Shown: positions 61,101 through 64,000 of the stretch, in pieces
Position numbering within the stretch: the first letter of the stretch is position 1
Layout of the letters: the number at the start of each line of letters is the position of its first letter
NCBI RefSeq assembly: GCF_002113885.1
Contig: NW_018405052.1
Location: forward strand, 11,418 to 75,417
Source: Mizuhopecten yessoensis
Taxonomy: Eukaryota
Reading direction: 5' to 3'
Length of the DNA: 64,000 nucleotides
Position numbers and translations under genes: made by a program
Notes under the pieces: generated by a model
Told to the model about the DNA's origin: nothing
Seen by the model: the letters and a program-made list of their open reading frames with translations, nothing else
Database searches by the model: none

Positions 61101-63917
61101 CCATACCGATATACATCACTTCGTCCCCGTACGGATAAACATCACTTTGTCCCCGTACAGATATACATCACTTCGTCCCTGTACAAACATACATCACTTC
61201 ATCCCCGTACGGATATACATCACTTTGTCCCCGTACAGATATACATCCCTTCGTCTCCATACGGGTATGCATCACTTTGTCCTCGTATGGATATACATCA
61301 AATCTTAGCTAAAAAACAATGTTCAAACCTTCCCATAAACCATGATGTTACCTGATGGTCTAACCATGATGTTACCTGATGGTCTCACCATGATGTTACC
61401 TGATGGTCTAACCATGATGTTACCTGATGGTCTAACCTTGATGTTACCTGATGGTCGAACTATGATGTTACCCGATGGTCTAACCATGATGTTACCTGAT
61501 GGTCTCACCATGATGTTACCTGTTGGTCTAACCTTGATGTTACCTGATTTTCTTACCATGATGTTACCTGGTGGTCGAACCTTGATGTTACCTGATGGTC
61601 TAACCATGATTTTACCTGTTGGTCTAACCATGATGTTACCTGATGGGCTCACCATGATGTTACCTGATGGTCGAACCATTATGTTACCTGATGGTCGAAC
61701 CATGATGTTCCCTGATGGTCTCACCATGATGTTACCTGATGGTCTAACTATGATGTTACCTGATGGTCTAACAATGATGTTATACTTGATGGTCTAACCT
61801 TGATGTTACCTGATTGTCTTACCATGATGTTACCTGGTGGTCTAACCTTGATGTTACCTGATGGTCTAACCATGCTGTTACATGATGGTCTAACCATGAT
61901 GTTACCTGATGGTCGATCCATGATGTTACCTGATGGTATAACCATGATGTTACCTGTCGGTCTAACCATGATGTTACCCGATGGTCTAACCATGATGTTA
62001 CATGATGGTCTAACCACGATGTTACCTGATGGTCTAACCATGATGATTCCTGATGGTCTAACCATGATGCTACCTGATGGTCTCACCATGATGTTACCTG
62101 ATTTTCTTACCATGATGTTACCTGATGTTCTAACCATGATGTTACCTGATGGTCTAACCATGATGTTACCTGATGGTCTAACCTTGATGTTACCATGATA
62201 AAAAATTGGTGACTGTTTGAACATTAACCAAGACTAACTATGGCCAGTTATTTGCCTGGACGGTTAGGTAATGTCTTTGTCACACCCTCCTTATCAATCT
62301 GTTACTCGCCTTCCATCCTTCCACCTTAGGGGTAGGGGATCTGAATTACACCTTTATTTTGTTTATTTCTAGTTGTTTGTGGAGCAGGAGAAGAAATTAT
62401 CACAGGACAAAGGAAATGTAAACAATGCGATAGAAGATTCTACCATACTGGTGATCATCCTGATATTTTTGATCCCTGTTCAGAATGCCCTACCAACAAA
62501 ACCACAGAGGTCACGGGCTCCACTCATAGGGAGAACTGTACCATAGGTAAGCACAGTATGGTATTGTAGCCAAACATAATCTAAAGCATTTTATTGGCCA
62601 TTTACTGCATTAGAATTTCATACAACCCTGTCCACAGCTCTTAATTCATGTAGAACTGTTTTCATGTTGGGGATGAAGAAATTTAATCTTTTGAAAGTTT
62701 TTGTTTGGGATATTAGTACTGATTGTTAAGCTGTGGTCAGATGTGCTGAAATAAATCAGTCTTTTATTTGGGTGAAAAGATAACCTTGACCAAGAATCAA
62801 GGTTACGTGTAATTGAATCATCTAAATTTTCTAAAAGAACTATTGGAAACTACTGTATTGGATTGCTCGGATGAAGGGCTAACAAAAGTGTCCAAATAAG
62901 TCCTTTTGATTGACCTTTCTAGTCAAAGAAATTAAATACATGTAAAGTTCCAACTTAATTCTTTTGAATGATTAGTGACACAAATCAATAGGGCCTTTTG
63001 ATTTTCTTATGTTTCACTGATGATTTCTGGCTTGCTATACTTAAGTTTGTTGTATTTATATTAACAGAAATCTGTGCCATGGGTCAGGAAGTAAATAGCA
63101 GTGGTGACAGCTGTATAGACTGTCCCTACAACACATTCCAGGACAAAGACGTGCCGACATCACATCAACGTTGTGTACAGTGTTCAGGCAGCAAAGCCAC
63201 CAAATACATGAAGACTATCAGCTTTAGTGACTGTCTTTGTAAGTCAAATACATAATTTTCATGTGAAAACACGAAACCAGAGAACCCAGTTTTCTTTTAG
63301 ACCTACATTCAACAGTCATGATCCACTTATAGGTCACACTGTTTAAGTGGTGGCTCAGCTTTATACACAATCATACATAGGATTTGGCACCCCTTGAACG
63401 AATTGATAAATATTAATTGAATTTGTTCTATTTCTATCTATATATGAGAAAAGGATGGTGGAGACAAAAAGAANNNNNNNNNNNNNNNNNNNNNNNNNNN
63501 NNNNNNNNNNNNNNNNNNNNNNNNNNNNNNNNNNNNNNNNNNNNNNNNNNNNNNNNNNNNNNNNNNNNNNNNNNNNNNNNNNNNNNNNNNNNNNNNNNNN
63601 NNNNNNNNNNNNNNNNNNACACACTGTCACACATACACTGTCACACACACACTTTCACAAACACCCATGTTTCTGTTATTGATTGAATGTATATTAATGT
63701 TTCAGATTTTCACATTTAAGATTATATTTCAATTTTTCAGTCTATTGTCCACTTGCTGGTACACAAGACGATGGAAATGGCAACTGTATGTCCTGTCCCA
63801 GGGGAACCTTCCGTTCAGTCGATGACCACAGTACAGCCTTCTTACCATGTGAAAACTGTACTGCTGGTAAGACTACAGAAACTACAGGCAGCATGAGTTC
63901 CCACAACTGTTCTATAG
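4011..63917 (+). CDS. Partial multi-exon gene (29 internal exons, 1556 codons) for a large extracellular GCC/EGF/LamG/HYR/sushi protein, Uninflatable/SVEP1-like
   Basis: Exons listed below all have AG/GT boundaries, consecutive phases match across all 28 introns, and the summed length of 4668 nt is open. Domain order was read from Cys spacing and motifs. Orthology is not established. Confidence 0.9.
5162..5895 (+). mobile_element. 3'-truncated HINE-like element with about 145-bp internal tandem repeats
   Basis: tttttagctcacctgcccaaagggcaagtgggct start; caaggtcaca core recurs near 5361, 5507, 5644, 5793. Confidence 0.7.
5895..6572. repeat. Degenerate short-unit satellite
   Basis: Mosaic of acatattgactcactt and acatactgac units. 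Confidence 0.9.
6673..6840 (+). CDS. Exon 2: GCC2/GCC3 repeat
   Basis: ttttag|CT..CCAG|gtaaac, 168 nt, phase 1-1; ECQAGMFSPTGYEPCKPCPTNFYQ..GQKGCLECP..TGSNSSNQC. Confidence 0.93.
6800..7245 (+). repeat. 73-bp repeat derived from the exon 2 donor junction, about 5 extra copies
   Basis: Unit accagtactagcagtaacaactcagccctgtgtgttgtgtcag(g/t)taaaccattgttttgtg matches exon end AGTACTGGCAGTAACAGCTC..CAG plus intron start gtaaaccattgttttgtg. Confidence 0.88.
7400..9995. repeat. 60-bp minisatellite, about 43 copies
   Basis: Unit ataggaaccaatcactagtataggtaccactttgatatagtttatataatctgtggtatc stays in register with the 60-base lines. Confidence 0.97.
10033..10119 (+). CDS. Exon 3: EGF-like repeat (not in ORF track)
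   Basis: ttttag|AA..TCAG|gtattt, 87 nt, phase 1-1; ELCPASPTPCSGNGSCSVKNHEKFCNCNSG. Confidence 0.88.
10646..10911. mobile_element. MITE with about 42-bp TIRs and CTG target duplication (PIF/Harbinger-like)
   Basis: ctg|GGCCCGTATATATGAAACCGTTCTCATGCTCAAGCATGGATT ... AATCCATGCTTGAGCATGAGAACGGTTTCATGAATACGGGCC|ctg. Confidence 0.85.
11072..11343 (+). repeat. 44-52-bp repeat derived from the exon 4 acceptor junction, 6 copies
   Basis: Unit ttttgtgtgctatattttggacag|gatactatggtatgtgtaa; AGs end at 11096, 11140, 11184, 11236, 11281, 11333. Confidence 0.9.
11334..11447 (+). CDS. Exon 4: EGF-like repeat
   Basis: tgacag|GA..ACAG|gtaagt, 114 nt, phase 1-1; GYSGSDCQLMNNFCDESPCVRGTC..FTCTCDTG. Confidence 0.9.
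11525..11683. repeat. Palindromic dispersed element, copy 1
   Basis: ttgagggtgtga..tctccaac / gttggaga..tcacaccctcaa arms; homologous to 33044..33232. Confidence 0.65.
11895..12030 (+). CDS. Exon 5: EGF-like repeat
   Basis: ttacag|GT..CAAG|gtaagt, 136 nt, phase 1-2; GFTGDRCDRDTTNRCTPNTCQAGSCRNIKNGADCLCP. Confidence 0.9.
12285..13370. mobile_element. Non-autonomous TIR DNA transposon (about 1.09 kb), probable 6-bp TSD, nested in a HINE-like element
   Basis: catacctgctaa ... ttagcaggtatg (perfect 12-bp TIR); flanks caggat / caggtt. Confidence 0.7.
14752..14885 (+). CDS. Exon 6: EGF-like repeat
   Basis: ttatag|CT..ATAA|gtaagt, 134 nt, phase 2-1; CERLDNLCAGIQCSNGGTCV..CLCQPGYTGENCEINI. Confidence 0.92.
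15120..15332 (+). CDS. Exon 7: two EGF repeats (one calcium-binding type)
   Basis: atgcag|AT..GAAG|gtacta, 213 nt, phase 1-1; [44 protein letters not shown]. Confidence 0.9.
15817..16340. repeat. Imperfect inverted-repeat pair, probable decayed DNA element
   Basis: tatttatcatctatacatatactactttata versus tataaggtagtagtatatagatgataaata. Confidence 0.5.
17443..17673 (+). CDS. Exon 8: two EGF repeats
   Basis: ttgtag|TA..ACAG|gtgagt, 231 nt, phase 1-1; ..CFCLNGYTGSRC..CKNGGTCVDKHSGFDCMCMSGYTG. Confidence 0.92.
17666..18076 (+). repeat. 61-bp repeat derived from the exon 8 donor junction, 6 full units plus a partial
   Basis: ctatacag|gt at 17674, 17735, 17796, 17857, 17918, 17979, 18040 (exact 61-bp period). 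Confidence 0.95.
19405..19547 (+). CDS. Exon 9: calcium-binding EGF (not in ORF track)
   Basis: ttgtag|GG..CACA|gtgagt, 143 nt, phase 1-0; GNDCSVNINDCLGQC..CMDKVNDFMCNCEAGWTGKNCT. Confidence 0.92.
19692..21178 (+). mobile_element. HINE-like element with internal caaggtcacagggg repeats, carrying a 46-bp satellite
   Basis: tttttattggctcaccag start; tggtgagc..cccactggg 3' inverted repeat and hairpin; core shared with the 5162 and 31309 elements. Confidence 0.65.
20529..20955. repeat. 46-bp AT-rich minisatellite, about 9 copies
   Basis: Unit tttgatcctataggtttatataaatcttatttgatataaagtattc. Confidence 0.93.
21541..22256 (+). repeat. 42-bp repeat of the exon 10 acceptor junction, 17 copies, in frame and stop-free
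   Basis: Unit ctttttatttacag|GAGAACATTGATGAATGTGCTAGCTACC; first exon start 21555, last 22227 (672 = 16 x 42). Confidence 0.97.
22227..22420 (+). CDS. Exon 10: cbEGF + EGF; 5' end ambiguous (16 further in-frame acceptors back to 21555)
   Basis: ttacag|GAG..GCAG|gtatag, 194 nt, phase 0-2; [45 protein letters not shown]..FFC. Confidence 0.88.
22560..24158. repeat. About 20-bp minisatellite filling most of intron 10
   Basis: Units aggtacatcagacactctaa / aggtatatcagacaacctac; homogeneous core about 23085..23400. Confidence 0.93.
24251..24381 (+). CDS. Exon 11: EGF-like repeat
   Basis: attcag|TT..CCAA|gtaaat, 131 nt, phase 2-1; CLGGTTGKTCSNFPPVCNTITPCTAAKGQC..CDCIP. Confidence 0.88.
24728..24841 (+). 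mobile_element. Minimal internally deleted HINE-like copy (ends only)
   Basis: tatgccccgccataaaatgggg..atatagtgttgcccatgtc(tcccg)n joined directly to gcgggggcatttatgtcttacaaacattttctagtt. Confidence 0.75.
25559..25675 (+). CDS. Exon 12: EGF-like repeat
   Basis: ctttag|AT..GATT|gtaagt, 117 nt, phase 1-1; YTGSSCQLTTYHCGTDPCQNDGTCV..FSCNCRD. Confidence 0.92.
26093..27156. mobile_element. Non-autonomous TIR DNA transposon (1064 bp) with 6-bp TSD TAAATA
   Basis: taaata|cagggttgctaac ... gttggcaactctg|taaata; interrupts a degenerate tandem repeat (about 25780..27270). Confidence 0.8.
27431..27574 (+). CDS. Exon 13: EGF-like repeat
   Basis: ctacag|CT..AAAA|gtaagt, 144 nt, phase 1-1; YYGTNCDGYTDPCSSKPCTPGANC..YLCSCPGG. 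Confidence 0.92.
27670..30615. repeat. 24-bp minisatellite spanning an assembly gap
   Basis: Unit catcatcaacaatgtaacagtata on both sides of the N run. Confidence 0.95.
28753..29334. other. Assembly gap (582 N)
   Basis: Run of n. Confidence 0.99.
30679..30847 (+). CDS. Exon 14: N-terminal part of a LamG/pentraxin-like domain
   Basis: ttttag|GT..AAAG|gtaaga, 169 nt, phase 1-2; contains FSVMLWV (F-S/T-V-x-x-W-V strand typical of ConA-like folds). Confidence 0.85.
31309..32998 (+). mobile_element. Apparently complete HINE-like element with about 10 internal 145-bp repeats
   Basis: tttttagctcac start, gtctgtcggtccgtc tract, periodic caaggtcacag, 3' caggtgagc..ctgggcctcttgtt. Confidence 0.8.
33044..33232. 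repeat. Palindromic dispersed element, copy 2
   Basis: gggagaaaaataagcatcccctcccttgagggtgt..tcacaccct..aagattctatt; homologous to 11525..11683. Confidence 0.65.
33425..33679 (+). CDS. Exon 15: LamG/pentraxin-like domain core
   Basis: ctgtag|AG..AAGT|gtgagt, 255 nt, phase 2-2; ICDKIWHHVSVTY..GTTYVKLD matches the D-x-x-WHHV-x-V-T motif. Confidence 0.9.
36547..37610 (+). mobile_element. HINE-like element with duplicated 5' end and about 4 internal repeats
   Basis: ttttatgccccc..gggggcatatagtg, (GTCCC)n tract, internal caaggtcaaggccaaggtcac repeats, 3' gcgggggcatttatgtcttacagacattttctagtt. Confidence 0.8.
37753..37994 (+). CDS. Exon 16: LamG/pentraxin-like C-terminal part
   Basis: ctgtag|GT..GCAG|gtaagt, 242 nt, phase 2-1; LLGQSFLGKISQVMIWNKILS matches the pentraxin-type F-x-G-x-I-x-x-V-x-I-W motif. 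Confidence 0.9.
38597..38746 (+). CDS. Exon 17: HYR domain, first half
   Basis: tcacag|AT..GATG|gtaaga, 150 nt, phase 1-1; DKMPPTVVSCP (D-x-x-PP-x-x-x-x-CP HYR start). Confidence 0.87.
40028..40706. repeat. Perfect 46-bp AT-rich minisatellite, about 14.7 copies
   Basis: Unit atggcattagctatatattatatataaataataagataatactgta; no variant units seen. Confidence 0.97.
41031..41126 (+). CDS. Exon 18: HYR domain, second half (not in ORF track)
   Basis: ttacag|GT..CAAT|gtaagt, 96 nt, phase 1-1; GESYTRGRIVLVFYAIDGMKNFAMCRFPLYVQ. Confidence 0.88.
41492..41960 (+). mobile_element. Shorter copy of the 36547 HINE-like family
   Basis: Near-identical to the start at 36686 and to the last about 280 bp of 36547..37610, with fewer internal repeats. 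Confidence 0.82.
42243..42440 (+). CDS. Exon 19: sushi/CCP-like module
   Basis: gtttag|AT..GGAG|gtttgt, 198 nt, phase 1-1; CPAPVFNG..ATC..FHCTNLGVY..LPAC (4 Cys). Confidence 0.85.
42931..43368. repeat. 87-bp tandem repeat, 5 copies
   Basis: agatgtcagatct at 42931, 43021, 43108, 43195, 43282. Confidence 0.93.
44120..44264. repeat. About 145-bp imperfect palindrome, probable end of a DNA element
   Basis: acagttaaagtatggttat..gggatataacaagtttctggtt / aaccagaaacttgctatatccc..ataaccatac..tactttaactgt. Confidence 0.7.
45035..45251 (+). CDS. Exon 20: unassigned extracellular region
   Basis: ttatag|CT..TAGA|gtaagt, 217 nt, phase 1-2; open and phase-compatible with both neighbours. Confidence 0.82.
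45360..49247. repeat. 40-bp minisatellite, about 95 copies, filling intron 20
   Basis: Unit ccagtgtttatagtgtctgtgtaccactatatacatagcc. Confidence 0.97.
49292..49391 (+). CDS. Exon 21: unassigned region
   Basis: ttccag|GG..TGAG|gtaagc, 100 nt, phase 2-0; EILSVPVDGVSVTFLPFEALTYVVYNTDTMDFE. Confidence 0.82.
49678..49780 (+). CDS. Exon 22: linker into the GCC repeats
   Basis: tttcag|CTA..TGTG|gtaagt, 103 nt, phase 0-1; ..MSCASGYQLVGEQC. Confidence 0.87.
49775..51423 (+). repeat. 49-bp repeat derived from the exon 22 donor junction, about 33 copies
   Basis: Unit gtg|gtaagtatacacaactgatgggactggacatcagatggtggtcagt begins at the real donor TGTG|gtaagtatacaca. Confidence 0.96.
51425..56966 (+). repeat. 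48-50-bp repeat derived from the exon 23 acceptor junction, about 110 copies
   Basis: Unit tgttcatgctcctgtgtttcag|ttcaatgctataactgtggtgactagta; the last copy is the real acceptor tttcag|TTCAATG. Confidence 0.96.
56960..57121 (+). CDS. Exon 23: GCC2/GCC3 repeat
   Basis: tttcag|TT..GTTG|gtatgt, 162 nt, phase 1-1; VQCSAGQYYDTNTKMCKFCQKNTYLDEAGQTICKPC..GATSQSLC. Confidence 0.92.
58575..58736 (+). CDS. Exon 24: GCC2/GCC3 repeat
   Basis: atctag|AA..AATG|gtaagt, 162 nt, phase 1-1; NCTAGNFY..CQVCAKNFYQ..CAFCP..TGSDSFTDC. Confidence 0.93.
58905..59066 (+). CDS. Exon 25: GCC2/GCC3 repeat (not in ORF track)
   Basis: ccacag|AT..ATCA|gtatgt, 162 nt, phase 1-1; DCPVGEE..ACVQCPIGMYR..CIPCP..GTTDESGC. Confidence 0.92.
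59253..59411 (+). CDS. Exon 26: GCC2/GCC3 repeat
   Basis: ctgtag|GA..GAAT|gtaagt, 159 nt, phase 1-1; ICYNGTF..CEDCATGYYQDENFKDECKKCP..GSNSSSQC. Confidence 0.93.
59947..61300. repeat. 26-bp minisatellite, about 50 copies
   Basis: Unit atatacatcactttgtccccgtacga. Confidence 0.95.
61339..62198. repeat. 24-bp minisatellite, about 35 copies
   Basis: Unit accatgatgttacctgatggtcta. Confidence 0.96.
62373..62546 (+). CDS. Exon 27: GCC2/GCC3 repeat (not in ORF track)
   Basis: ttctag|TT..ATAG|gtaagc, 174 nt, phase 1-1; VCGAGEE..CKQCDRRFYH..PCSECP..TGSTHRENC. Confidence 0.92.
   Translation: MFVEQEKKLSQDKGNVNNAIEDSTILVIILIFLIPVQNALPTKPQRSRAPLIGRTVP
63068..63238 (+). CDS. Exon 28: GCC2/GCC3 repeat
   Basis: taacag|AA..CTTT|gtaagt, 171 nt, phase 1-1; ICAMGQE..CIDCPYNTFQ..CVQC..SFSDC. 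Confidence 0.92.
63474..63618. other. Assembly gap (145 N)
   Basis: Run of n inside intron 28. Confidence 0.99.
63741..63917 (+). CDS. Exon 29: GCC2/GCC3 repeat; gene continues beyond the window
   Basis: tttcag|TC..ATAG|gtaggt, 177 nt, phase 1-1; YCPLAG..CMSCPRGTFR..PCENC..TGSMSSHNC. Confidence 0.92.
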
Positions 63918-64000
63918 GTAGGTAGAAAGTGGTTGTGTCCATCTCACCACCCTCTGACACCATACTTATCACTTTCAATGTCTTTGGGTTAAAATGTGTT

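Noticed and set aside
1-62198. Tandem arrays as CRISPR arrays
   Set aside because: No unique spacers, no cas genes, and the context is a spliceosomal eukaryotic gene.
61339-62198. CAG|GTAAC donor-like motif in each 24-bp unit
   Set aside because: It is on the minus strand, opposite to the gene, and no antisense exon was found.
59796-62224. Repetitive ORFs on both strands (YTSLCP.., MMLPDGLT.., MVRPSGNI..)
   Set aside because: Translations of the 26-bp and 24-bp satellites; exons 26 and 27 join in phase without them.
4011-63917. Assigning the symbol NOTCH, SVEP1 or uif
   Set aside because: No LNR/ankyrin or vWA domains in view, the termini are outside the window, and orthology needs a search.

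Overview
AT-rich eukaryotic genomic DNA, probably molluscan/bivalve (inferred from the Helentron-type non-autonomous elements and intronic minisatellites). The whole window lies inside one large + strand gene. I traced 29 internal coding exons (4011..63917), all with AG/GT boundaries and matching phases, which join into one open frame of 4668 nt (1556 codons). Start and stop codons lie outside the window. The predicted extracellular protein reads GCC2/GCC3 (ephrin-receptor-like Cys-rich) x2, about 14 EGF repeats, LamG/pentraxin-like, HYR, sushi-like, an unassigned region, then at least 7 GCC repeats, i.e. Uninflatable/SVEP1-like. Introns are filled with about 18 tandem arrays and many non-autonomous DNA transposons. 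The most striking pattern is that at least six arrays (up to nine) are amplified copies of this gene's own exon-intron junctions. They include 17 in-frame acceptors before exon 10, a chain of 61-nt GT..AG mini-intron-like units after exon 8, candidate 9-nt microexons before exon 4, and a 7.2-kb intron made almost entirely of its own donor and acceptor repeats. All calls are manual, with no database search or expression data. Copy numbers are hand estimates.
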